30,248 nt of DNA, taken from assembly GCA_048884785.1 (NCBI GenBank), contig JBHLQM010000042.1, positions 1-30,248 on the forward strand. The letters run 5' to 3'. Source of the stretch: Candidatus Thorarchaeota archaeon. GTDB lineage: Archaea > Asgardarchaeota > Thorarchaeia > Thorarchaeales > Thorarchaeaceae. Under the pieces are notes generated by a model. That model was not told where the DNA came from. It worked only from the letters and a program-made list of their open reading frames with translations, and did no database searches. Shown piece by piece: positions 9,027 through 17,703 of the stretch; within the stretch, counting starts at the first letter, position 1; each line of letters opens with the position of its first letter. A program made the translations under genes and the position numbers.

Positions 9027-9350
9027 CTACGCCCCTTTCTTTTTGGCAACACTGTAGCCGAGAATCATTTTCATAATCATCTCGGGTTCAGGTATTCCTG
9101 TTACTGAAACGCCTCCAATCATAATAGTCGGTAACGCGAAAACGCCATATTTCTCTGCGGCCTCAGGATTCTCAGAAACGTTGACCACATTTATCACAAA
9201 CGCTTCAGAACCAAAGTCCTCAACAGTTTCACGAAGTACTTCTTCTGCTCGAGGACAGAAAGCGCACGTATCTGATTTGAAGAAGACGATTTCAACTACT
9301 GACGAGTCGCCGCCTTCTTGGCCCGTGCTCACTTCTGCCTCTTTCTCCAA
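9027..9350 (-). CDS. Thioredoxin-like protein (archaeal small Trx type)
   Basis: CAFCP active site and VNVSENPEAAEKYGVFALPTI motif; ends 3 bp before the KaiC-like ATPase start. Confidence 0.85.
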   Translation of the reverse strand: MEKEAEVSTGQEGGDSSVVEIVFFKSDTCAFCPRAEEVLRETVEDFGSEAFVINVVNVSENPEAAEKYGVFALPTIMIGGVSVTGIPEPEMIMKMILGYSVAKKKGA

Positions 9351-9438
9351 TCCAATGATCTCCTAGACCGAGGTTGGCGTATTCACTAAAGCAAGATATC
9401 TCACTTGAATGTTTTGAAAGTTGTTGAAATCGAGCGAG

Positions 9439-9834
9439 TCATTTCCTGTAGCCAAGTATCTTCCTGATTAGAGTCGTTGCCTTTCCAACAGGACGGGCAT
9501 GGTATCTAATTTTACGGGGCATTATTGCCGCTAGGATAAGACCCTGCTTTCTTTGTGAGGCAATCTTCCGAAAGACTGCTTTACCTTCACTACAGCGAAC
9601 CGAGATGTCTTTCAGGTTGCCTAGACCCAGCTCATTTCTCATTCGTTCAACCGTATCAGCAACATAGCCTGACATAGCCGCAACAACATCGGGATGGGTC
9701 GTTGCCGACACTGCTGATGCTATGAGAAAACCATCATCGCGGGCCAACACAGAGGCAGTGAAGGCACCCTCTTTATTCATCTCTTCTAAAATTCTGACCA
9801 ATGAACTATAATCAGGCCGCTCCATGAGCTGCAT
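9439..9834 (-). CDS. Roadblock/LC7 (MglB-like) domain protein
   Basis: L..IL.......ASVLARDDGFLIAS, VAAMS, ELGLGNL..ISV...EG pattern. True start probably ATG 9834 or 9825 rather than 9891, since a TATA-like tatttaata lies inside the longer ORF's 5' end. Confidence 0.85.
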   Translation of the reverse strand: MQLMERPDYSSLVRILEEMNKEGAFTASVLARDDGFLIASAVSATTHPDVVAAMSGYVADTVERMRNELGLGNLKDISVRCSEGKAVFRKIASQRKQGLILAAIMPRKIRYHARPVGKATTLIRKILGYRK

Positions 9835-9972
9835 CACACCCAATGTTGCTGTATCATCCAAATCTGAGTTCCCTATTAAATAATAGCCCATTGTATTGGT
9901 TCAATCCGGGACATTCAATTACAGTAGGTTTTTAGGGTATTCTAGCAATCAGAATTTATTGGAGATGTCACG

Positions 9973-10515
9973 ATGCCGGGCGAATACCGATTTAAAGTTG
10001 TCATGCTCGGAGATGGCGCTGTTGGAAAGACTGCGCTAACAACTCGCTTCACCCAGGAGTTCTTCGACGCTGACTACAAACGCACCATCGGTTCAGATTT
10101 CGCCATTAAGAAACTCGAAATTCCAGAGCTTGATTCTAATGTGACGCTACAAGTGTGGGACCTAGCAGGTCAGCCACGTTTCGAGGTCGTTCGGCAGGGC
10201 TTTTACAGAGGCGCCCGTGGTGGTCTCTTGGTCTATGATGTTACCAGACGTAGAACATTCCTCAACATACAGAACTGGAAGGATGAGTGCTACAAGAATC
10301 TAGATAGAGAAGTCCCATTAGTAGTTGTAGCAAACAAGGTGGATCTCGAGGATAGCAGGGTCGTGTCCAGAGAAGAGGGCGAAGCATGGGCCAAGAAATC
10401 CAAACACATCTATGTGGAATCAAGTGCCTTGACTGGAGTGAATGTTGAGGAGGCCTATCTCACTCTCTGCAAAACAATGATTGAAGAGTCAAAGGCACGT
10501 CGCGAAACTAAGTAG
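9973..10515 (+). CDS. Rab-like small GTPase
   Basis: GDGAVGKT, TIGSDF, LQVWDLAGQPRF, FYRGA, NKVD, ESSA; no C-terminal Cys motif. Confidence 0.93.
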   Translation: MPGEYRFKVVMLGDGAVGKTALTTRFTQEFFDADYKRTIGSDFAIKKLEIPELDSNVTLQVWDLAGQPRFEVVRQGFYRGARGGLLVYDVTRRRTFLNIQNWKDECYKNLDREVPLVVVANKVDLEDSRVVSREEGEAWAKKSKHIYVESSALTGVNVEEAYLTLCKTMIEESKARRETK

Positions 10516-11644
10516 TCCCTCTCGTTTTTCCTTTTAGAAGATCCAGAGCCTTCTTGCATTGCCAATTGACATAGAAGAGTCGCTTGTCTCGGAGGCTTTC
10601 TTCATCATATTGCGACACGAGGTCTTCATACTTTAGAATTAATTCGTCCTTTCTAGCCAGAGTCGGATCACTCTCAATCTCTCGCAATAGCTCATTGAAT
10701 GGTTCCAGCATAGCATTCAATTTTTGAACTTCCCATCGTACAATAGAGCCGGTTCCGTCGGAACTCAGAAAGGCAAGGGTATCAGGATACCATTCTATGC
10801 CATCTACCTCGCTGGGTGTGGTTCCCTCCCCCTCAATTGAGTAGGTGTCAACTGACCAGACGAATAGATCCTTGTCAGCAGAACCAGATGCAAGGTACCG
10901 TCCATCATAACTAAATGATGCAGCACGAACCTCTTCTTCATGTCCAAGCAGTTTCTTCTCTACTTTTAGCGAATCAGTTGAATCCCATAATATAACTGAG
11001 TGATCAGATGATGCAGAGGCGAGTCTGGAACCATCCCGAGAGAAGCGCACAGACTGAACTGCTGTTCTGTGTTCTTCATGTCTATGCTGGAGGGCCCCTG
11101 TGTTTGGGTCCCATTCACATATTGCCGAATCGACTGAAGAAGACACTATTCTGTTCCCCTGAGGGTCCCAATCACAACTAACAACATAGAGAGAGTGCCC
11201 TTTTAGTTGATGGGCCTGTTTTAGACTATTCATGTCCCAAATGATTAGTGTTGTATCGCCGCTTGCAGATACCAGATGGTCTCCGTCAGGCGAGAAGGAA
11301 AGACCTAGAACCGGGTAGGTATGTCCCTCCAATGTAGTGATAGGTGTGCCTTGTCTGATATCCCAGAGCTTGATTACCCGTCCAACACTTCCTGTCGCAA
11401 GAATATCACCCTTGGGGCTAAAAGCGATAGAGGTACAGAGAACATCATCCTGAATGCGCTGCATCTCTTCGCAATTTCTTGCATCATATAGACGGATTGA
11501 CCTGTCCTGCTGTGCGGCGGCAATCATTCGGCCGACATGGTTCATGGCAAATCGACGTGTTACATCCCCGCCAACGTCAGCTTCAGGTTTGAGAGTGTGT
11601 CGTTTGAGAAATAGTGAAAGTTCTCTAGATTCCATTAGCACCAC
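10508..11644 (-). CDS. WD40-repeat beta-propeller protein with short helical C-terminal domain
   Basis: About seven repeats of GH...V....FSPDG..L.S.S.D.....WD (for example LEGHTYPVLGLSFSPDGDHLVSASGDTTLIIWD), followed by a helical tail of about 70 aa. Confidence 0.93.
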   Translation of the reverse strand: MVLMESRELSLFLKRHTLKPEADVGGDVTRRFAMNHVGRMIAAAQQDRSIRLYDARNCEEMQRIQDDVLCTSIAFSPKGDILATGSVGRVIKLWDIRQGTPITTLEGHTYPVLGLSFSPDGDHLVSASGDTTLIIWDMNSLKQAHQLKGHSLYVVSCDWDPQGNRIVSSSVDSAICEWDPNTGALQHRHEEHRTAVQSVRFSRDGSRLASASSDHSVILWDSTDSLKVEKKLLGHEEEVRAASFSYDGRYLASGSADKDLFVWSVDTYSIEGEGTTPSEVDGIEWYPDTLAFLSSDGTGSIVRWEVQKLNAMLEPFNELLREIESDPTLARKDELILKYEDLVSQYDEESLRDKRLFYVNWQCKKALDLLKGKTRGTT

Positions 11645-11715
11645 CGCACGGAAGTCTATGGTTGCCTCCTGAGAGGGGTCTAAAAAGATTGTGTAGATGT
11701 AAACGGTGAACTATA

Positions 11716-12036
11716 CTACTCCCATGCCCACTCATTTTCCTCAGCAAACTCAATTAGAGTCTGGCGAAGATGTGCCTCTGCTGCTTCTGCAACCTCAGTT
11801 TGGTCCAGGACTCGCGATCCATGAATGGTTAGCTTGCATGTGGCATCAGGCACTTTGTGTTCAACAACAGTTGTAATGCTGACACCTAGATCCTTTACCT
11901 TCGGTTCCTCCAAGATAAAGACACCAGACACAAGATCATCATTCCGCCATACCTTTGACAGAATATCCGAACATTGATTGCTGAGCAAGTCGATTAACAA
12001 ATCAATCTCAAGATTCTTCATCACAAGTGTATTCAC
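11716..12036 (-). CDS. Hypothetical protein (106 aa, alpha/beta)
   Basis: GTG start with GTGAGGGT SD-like sequence; fills the gap between co-oriented Rab and WD40 genes; no motif recognised. Confidence 0.65.
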   Translation of the reverse strand: MNTLVMKNLEIDLLIDLLSNQCSDILSKVWRNDDLVSGVFILEEPKVKDLGVSITTVVEHKVPDATCKLTIHGSRVLDQTEVAEAAEAHLRQTLIEFAEENEWAWE

Positions 12037-12089
12037 GTTATACCCTCACTAGCACGCCAGTACTTGTCATTACCTCACATTCAGCGTCT

Positions 12090-12656
12090 TTATGCTAAGC
12101 CTCCAGCCTCCAGTATCTTAATGGCAAGCTCTAAGAAGGCCGCCTCAACGTTGAGTCCGGTCTTGGCAGAGGTTTCAATGAATGAGGCGTGTGTCCCCAT
12201 CTTTGCTATATCGTTTGCTAGCTTCTGACCTTCCTCAGTGGTAACAATTGTTTGTTGCATCACTGGGTTGTCTTTGAACTGGTCGCGTAAATCGGTCTTG
12301 TTTCCTATAAGTACTATCGGGATCTTCTTTGCGGCATTCGTCCAGCATTCGTCCAACCATTCCTTGATGTTCTCAAATGAAGAACGCTCGACTGTTGAAT
12401 AGACTGCAAGTGCACCCTGGGCCCCTTTGTAGAAGGTAGAACGGACATTCTTGAAGTGTTCCTGCCCTGCAAGGTCCCAAATTTGGATGCTCACTTCATG
12501 GCCGCCAGCAAGTGTCATTTTCTTCACTGCAAAATCAGCACCGATTGTAATCATGTATTGTGCTTTGAAGCCTTCACCCATGTAGGTTCGTCTCAGACTG
12601 GTCTTTCCAACTGAACCATCACCCATGAGCACAACTTTGAAGAGCGCAGTGACCAT
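12090..12656 (-). CDS. Rab-like small GTPase
   Basis: GDGSVGKT, TIGADF, IQIWDLAGQEHF, FYKGA, GNKTD, ETSAK; insertion after G4; no prenylation Cys. Confidence 0.93.
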   Translation of the reverse strand: MVTALFKVVLMGDGSVGKTSLRRTYMGEGFKAQYMITIGADFAVKKMTLAGGHEVSIQIWDLAGQEHFKNVRSTFYKGAQGALAVYSTVERSSFENIKEWLDECWTNAAKKIPIVLIGNKTDLRDQFKDNPVMQQTIVTTEEGQKLANDIAKMGTHASFIETSAKTGLNVEAAFLELAIKILEAGGLA

Positions 12657-12892
12657 TAATTGCTACCCACCTGAATGTAGCGCGACCGCTGACGATTGAC
12701 AGGTTTTCTAGGTTATTAAAGTTCTTTGTCACTATTAGGTTCTTACTTTCGGGGACCACTCCGCCTCGGCAGTGTCCGTTAGGAGGGAAAAAGAGCATGA
12801 GAAAAGGTAACAATACACTGTGTCCATACTCATACTGATTGAGACACGACCCCCGTCAATCCAACCCATGACCTGAATGTGATGTGAGACAG

Positions 12893-13159
12893 TTGGGACG
12901 AACCGCCAGAACATTTCGTAATGCAGTTGACGTCGAAGAGGCGAAATGGAAACCCTTCAGGCGGACCCTGAAGCCTCCCCAGAGAGAGAACCTCGACCGT
13001 ATCTTTGACTATGCACGATCCTGTGCAGATGCTGGAACCATGATGACAACACCTAGAGTGACAGAGGTGGTTCTGATATCCACCATGATTGAGATGCTCC
13101 AAGAGCTTCACTCCCTTCGTGAGAAGGTTGTAGAGCTCGAAGAGAAGGGACATGCATGA
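12893..13159 (+). CDS. Small helical PolB2-associated protein (arCOG07300-like)
   Basis: MGRT..TFR.......KWKPFRRTL....RE..DRIFD.AR..A.AG pattern of the small protein that accompanies archaeal polB2; ATGA overlap with the polymerase. TTG 12893 start preferred. Confidence 0.75.
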   Translation: MGRTARTFRNAVDVEEAKWKPFRRTLKPPQRENLDRIFDYARSCADAGTMMTTPRVTEVVLISTMIEMLQELHSLREKVVELEEKGHA

Positions 13160-15429
13160 CCTACAACGGCTGGCTACTTGACGCCAGTGTAGACAAAGAG
13201 CGGAAGGCACTGACTCTGTGGATAAAGGTCGACGGGAAGACACGAGGGTATACCTATCACAAATTCCATCCGGAACTCTTCGTCAGTACGAGCGCACTTG
13301 ATAGTGGAACATGGAGAGAGAGAGACCTTGTCAGATCGGTCAAACAGCATGAGAATGTCGTCGATGTGGACATTGTAAACAGATACACAAGTGTCTATGA
13401 GGACAATCAAAGGCGTGTGCTTAGAGTGCTCACTGAGGTGGGGGTGCAGAGGGAGGTTGCAGAAGATCTTGAGAAACTCCCTGATGCCACTGTATTCCAT
13501 GCGGACATAGATCCAATTCAACAGTTTTTCATTGGCAGTGGCATTTTTCCGTTTGGTCGAGTGATATTTGAACTGAAAGACCATACTGTGACCAGCATCA
13601 CCTGCATTGACAAACGAGAGGATGCAGAATATGACACACCTGAGCTTGAGGAAATGGGAATAGAGGTCCTGATAGAGTCGGAGGGAATTTTCCCACAGCT
13701 CAGTGATCCAATCCATCACATAGAACTATACCATCAAGGGCAATCCATTCGTATCGAACATGATGATGAGCGGGAGATGTTGCTCGACCTGCAGCGAGAG
13801 ATTGATAGAATGGACCCAGATGTGATAGTGACCAAGGGAGGAGATGACCACCTCTTTCAATATTTGACACTGCGGGCCAAGATAAACGATGTCCAGCTAG
13901 TCTTCTCTCGAAATGGTGATACATTGAACATCAGCCATAAGGAACCAAATTCATTCTGGCAATACAATCAGATTGTGTTCAAATCGGGTAATCAAGTAAT
14001 GTTCGATGGTCGCCTCCACATTGATAGGAAAGAGAGTCTCTATTACTCCCCATCAGGTATGGAAGGAGTCATCGAGGGCTGCAGATTGGCCTTCGCCAGA
14101 CCGCAGAAAGTGGCAAGAATGTCAATAGGCACCGTGAATGCCTCAGTTCAGTTTTATACAGCACATAAGATGGGGATATTGATTCCACCGGTCAAACGCA
14201 ATCCTGAGTTCCTGAAGACCGTAAATGATCTGGCCACAATTGATAGAGGAGGATTAATCTTCCAACCACGTCCAGACATCTACGAGAATGTTGCAGAGTT
14301 GGACTTTGCGTCAATGTATCCCACATTGATGGTCACAAGAAACATCAGCCCGGAAACCATCTGCACACGAAATCAATGTCCCTACAACTACAAGCATTGT
14401 GTTGAAGTCCCGGGTCTGAACTTCCACATCTGTAATCGTAGAAGGGGAATAATCTCAGAGTCATTGGAGATTGTGGTTCGCAAGAGAAATGCGTTCAAAG
14501 AACTAATTCAAAGGGGCAGTGATACAAAGAAGTACGCACTCAAGCAAAACACTCTCAAGGGGGTACTTGTGTCCTGTTTTGGATATTTGGGTTTCAAGAA
14601 CGCAAAGTTCGGAAGAGTGGAAGCACATACCGCTGTATGTGCCTTTGCAAGAGAGATACTCCTCAAGACCCAAGAGATAGGAGAAAAGATGGGACTCGAA
14701 ACGGTGCATGGGATTGTAGATTCCCTCTGGGTTAGCTCAAAAGAGAAACTGGACTACGAAAAACTTCAGGAGTTTTGCACCCGCGTGAGCGAAGCAGTTG
14801 ACATCGATATGTCACTAAAGGGCATCTACAAATGGATGGTCATTCCATCGTCGAGATTGCATCCTTCAGTCGCTCCTCTGAATCGGTATTTTGGCGTCTA
14901 TCAGAATGGAGGAATCAAGACCAGAGGCATAGAGACCCGTCGGCGTGATACCTGTCTCTATGTAGGAGACTGCCAAAAAGAGATGCTCAAAGTGCTTGCC
15001 CGTGCTAATAATAGGCAAGAGTTCGTCGACCTGATTCCTGAAACATATTCTGTCTGTCAGGACTTTGTGGACAGACTTAGAGGGGGAGATGTCGACCTAA
15101 GAGACCTGGTCCTACATTCTCGCCTCACACGAGAGCCCCATGAATATCGAGCAACATCTAGAGCTGCTGTAGTTGCAAAGCAGCTTGTAAAGGCAGGAAA
15201 GGAACTGCACGCAGGTCAGAAAGTGAAGTATGTTATGGTAAACTCCGATTCTCCAAATCCATTCAGAAGGGTAAAGGCACTAGAGCTATTGAATGAATCA
15301 ACAAAATACGATCAGCAAGCATATGCAGACCTATGTGTTAGGGCATTTGAGAATCTCATACCAGCACAATATCTGGACCCAGCACTTCTCAAGAGCGAGA
15401 GGGGTTTCCTAACCTGTGAGTTGTCATGA
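13156..15429 (+). CDS. polB2: Family B DNA polymerase, PolB2 (Dpo2-like) group
   Basis: Motif A ELDFASMYP...NISPET, motif B Q..LK..L.S.FGY.G, motif C altered to HGIVDS (PolB2 signature versus YGDTDS), RGIE.RRRD; exonuclease motifs degenerate. Confidence 0.9.
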   Translation: MTYNGWLLDASVDKERKALTLWIKVDGKTRGYTYHKFHPELFVSTSALDSGTWRERDLVRSVKQHENVVDVDIVNRYTSVYEDNQRRVLRVLTEVGVQREVAEDLEKLPDATVFHADIDPIQQFFIGSGIFPFGRVIFELKDHTVTSITCIDKREDAEYDTPELEEMGIEVLIESEGIFPQLSDPIHHIELYHQGQSIRIEHDDEREMLLDLQREIDRMDPDVIVTKGGDDHLFQYLTLRAKINDVQLVFSRNGDTLNISHKEPNSFWQYNQIVFKSGNQVMFDGRLHIDRKESLYYSPSGMEGVIEGCRLAFARPQKVARMSIGTVNASVQFYTAHKMGILIPPVKRNPEFLKTVNDLATIDRGGLIFQPRPDIYENVAELDFASMYPTLMVTRNISPETICTRNQCPYNYKHCVEVPGLNFHICNRRRGIISESLEIVVRKRNAFKELIQRGSDTKKYALKQNTLKGVLVSCFGYLGFKNAKFGRVEAHTAVCAFAREILLKTQEIGEKMGLETVHGIVDSLWVSSKEKLDYEKLQEFCTRVSEAVDIDMSLKGIYKWMVIPSSRLHPSVAPLNRYFGVYQNGGIKTRGIETRRRDTCLYVGDCQKEMLKVLARANNRQEFVDLIPETYSVCQDFVDRLRGGDVDLRDLVLHSRLTREPHEYRATSRAAVVAKQLVKAGKELHAGQKVKYVMVNSDSPNPFRRVKALELLNESTKYDQQAYADLCVRAFENLIPAQYLDPALLKSERGFLTCELS

Positions 15430-15434
15430 GCCAT

Positions 15435-16793
15435 CTATTCAGTAACTGCACGAGCCTGAAGTGCAATTCGTGGCTTTAGTTCACGAATAGGAATACCTGT
15501 TTCTTGAGCGACCTTTACTATGTCATCCGCCTCTGGTTTAATATTAACAACACTCCCGTCAGCCCCCCGAGAGACCTTAACACGAACCATATACTGCTTG
15601 TCATCGATTTCCAAGCTGCAAACAATTGTCTCACGCTGAGCTTTCAGTCGGCTCCATTCGGAATAACGGATACCCAGAGTTCCAAGATGACGAATCATTA
15701 GCTCTGCGATGCTCTTGAGCCCAGCTTTCGCAGCAATTACTTTTACCAGGAAGCAGGGTCTGTTTTTCTTCCCGTAAGCCGGAATCATAATTACATCATA
15801 GGCAAGGCCCTCAGAAAGGAGTACATCAAACAGATTGCCCATGACTTCACCGTCGGCATCATCTACATTAGCTTCAATAACAATAACCTCGTCTGCGTTC
15901 CACTCGTCCAGCATCTCCGCTCGCTCCTCAACTGTAACTTTCTTCTTTGTAGAAACCACTGGAGCCTGTTTCTCAGGTTTTTTAGAGGGTTCAGGTTTCT
16001 TCTCGGTTGCTGAAGGCTTCTTCTTATCTTCAGGCACCTCTAGTACGCCAATCGATATCTTTAGGATATTTGGAGTTTCGCCCAGATCTCGCAATCCAAA
16101 TCCAAAGCATTGCTTTTCAGGTATGAATCCGTCAGTAGATTCTACAAACCTGTTAACCATTGTTGCCAAGATTGCGGCTCCTGTAGGTGTGAGAACCTCA
16201 GTCTGTGCCTCGCCCGTGTGAAACGGGATATCATGCTTTACAATTATCTCAGATACAGCTGGAACAGGCACTTCTAGCTCGCCATGTTCTGTAGTAATTG
16301 TGCCGCCGCCCACAGCAACTTTGGTGCAGAGAATCTCCGTATCCTCAAAGTAGCCCCCTTTTTCAAGCAGATAGGCGGCGCCAACAACATCAAGAACTGT
16401 ATCAACAGATCCAGTTTCATGCAGGCGCAATTCTTTTTCAGGGATATTATGAGCTCTTGCTTCTGCCTGTATCATCTCATTGAGCGCATCTTTGGCAAAT
16501 TTAGATGCAGTCTTTGAAAGCTCTAGCTCCTCAGAGATAGTATCGATGATACCTCGCAGAGAATCAGGAGTAAACCTGACGTTTTTATCCATTGTCACCT
16601 GCAGTCTCTTGCCCGAAGTGTTACCAACTGACTCCTGAACAACTTTCACTCTGAGCGCAGGATCATAAATGAGTAGACTAGCAGCCACTGGCACAATTGC
16701 TTCATCATCACCTATCAGGTCTAGGAGCGCTGATAGTATCATGTCACCTGAAGCGCCTGCTACTGTGGCATCAATCAGAATAGTCCTACTCAA
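15435..16793 (-). CDS. larC: LarC-family nickel insertion protein (nickel-pincer cofactor biosynthesis)
   Basis: GASGDMILSALLDL, HETGSVDTVLD, EHG.L.VPVPA, E.LTPTGAA, IEANVDD, KKNRP, TLGIR, KPEADD. Confidence 0.88.
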   Translation of the reverse strand: MSRTILIDATVAGASGDMILSALLDLIGDDEAIVPVAASLLIYDPALRVKVVQESVGNTSGKRLQVTMDKNVRFTPDSLRGIIDTISEELELSKTASKFAKDALNEMIQAEARAHNIPEKELRLHETGSVDTVLDVVGAAYLLEKGGYFEDTEILCTKVAVGGGTITTEHGELEVPVPAVSEIIVKHDIPFHTGEAQTEVLTPTGAAILATMVNRFVESTDGFIPEKQCFGFGLRDLGETPNILKISIGVLEVPEDKKKPSATEKKPEPSKKPEKQAPVVSTKKKVTVEERAEMLDEWNADEVIVIEANVDDADGEVMGNLFDVLLSEGLAYDVIMIPAYGKKNRPCFLVKVIAAKAGLKSIAELMIRHLGTLGIRYSEWSRLKAQRETIVCSLEIDDKQYMVRVKVSRGADGSVVNIKPEADDIVKVAQETGIPIRELKPRIALQARAVTE

Positions 16794-16872
16794 TCAAAGC
16801 AAACTCCGAATTCCTAATCCTTTAACTTCGCTTCGGTGAAACTCCTTTTCTTTCTTTCGAGCATGAATGCCT

Positions 16873-17703
16873 CTATTTCTTCGCCCGCCGCCACTCCTCA
16901 AAAATGGCCATGTACATACACTCTTGCGGTGGAATCCACATAACTGATGAATCAAATGAATCGTCAACCATCTTCACAGGCGCATCTCGTATCAGGGCAG
17001 CAGGAATTGACTCATTAGACTCACCCATAACTGCAGTACAGGCTGATGCAAGATTATCAGCTATGGCGCGTCTAGTTATTCTCAGCTCATTTCCAAAAAG
17101 GTCCTTTCGACCTCTATCATCTGCAACAGGAATGAACCCAGCAACACCCAAAGCCATTCCAATATTACCAAGGCGAAGTGGTTGCGTCCGACTATCGATT
17201 ACCAATACTCCAATATTCTTGCTAATTCGTTCTCTTGCCTGAGTCCTTAATCTTTCTGCGCTACGCTTCGGATTCTTCGGTAGCAACGACGCGTATCCAG
17301 GAGGAACATTTGACTTGTCTACTCCGGCATTTGCCATCAAAGTATTGTTTTTGATTGTGAGAAGTACATGCGGAATGCCTCCGAGGATTTCATCTGCTTC
17401 ATCCATCACGAGTTGAGTCACTTCAGGTATCATTGAATACTTCTCTGCAAGTCTTATTGCTTCTCTAGATGCTCTTATTGAGGAGAGACTGACAACCTGA
17501 CCTTCAGTTGTACCCAAGGGAGTTTCTGCTACTCCAAGAATGTCACCATCTTTGAGTTCATAGCCAGTCCTGCTCAAACCATCTAAAACAACATCAAGAA
17601 AATCATCTTCCTCTATTATGAGCCGTGTCTTTATTGGAACGACGAGCATTGCCTGCACCAGGAATATTTCATCACTATTGGCAACATAAACACTTCTTAC
17701 CAA
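16873..17703 (-). CDS. cofE: CofE-family gamma-glutamyl ligase (coenzyme F420-0:L-glutamate ligase-like)
   Basis: L.DGDIL.VAE, ANAGVDKSN, LLP.NP..SA..LR, IDS...PLR.G, D.RG..DLFG..L.IT..A.AD.LAS, MGE..E..P. Start may be 17658 or 17649. Confidence 0.85.
   Translation of the reverse strand: MVRSVYVANSDEIFLVQAMLVVPIKTRLIIEEDDFLDVVLDGLSRTGYELKDGDILGVAETPLGTTEGQVVSLSSIRASREAIRLAEKYSMIPEVTQLVMDEADEILGGIPHVLLTIKNNTLMANAGVDKSNVPPGYASLLPKNPKRSAERLRTQARERISKNIGVLVIDSRTQPLRLGNIGMALGVAGFIPVADDRGRKDLFGNELRITRRAIADNLASACTAVMGESNESIPAALIRDAPVKMVDDSFDSSVMWIPPQECMYMAIFEEWRRAKK

Noticed and set aside
7546-9350. Calling the locus a bona fide circadian kaiABC clock or assigning kaiB/kaiC symbols
   Set aside because: No KaiA, the ATPases are single-domain, the second lacks the EE and ST motifs, and the Trx retains a CxxC unlike KaiB.
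12745-12750. ACTTTC match to the Sulfolobus UV-responsive ANTTTC element upstream of polB2
   Set aside because: A 5-base-specific motif is expected by chance in a region this long, and the lineage is distant.
12657-15434. PolB2 cassette as a casposon or other self-synthesising mobile element
   Set aside because: The polymerase is not protein-primed type, and no Cas1, integrase or terminal inverted repeats were seen.
15435-16793. Programmed frameshift in larC as known from some bacteria
   Set aside because: The gene is one continuous frame here.
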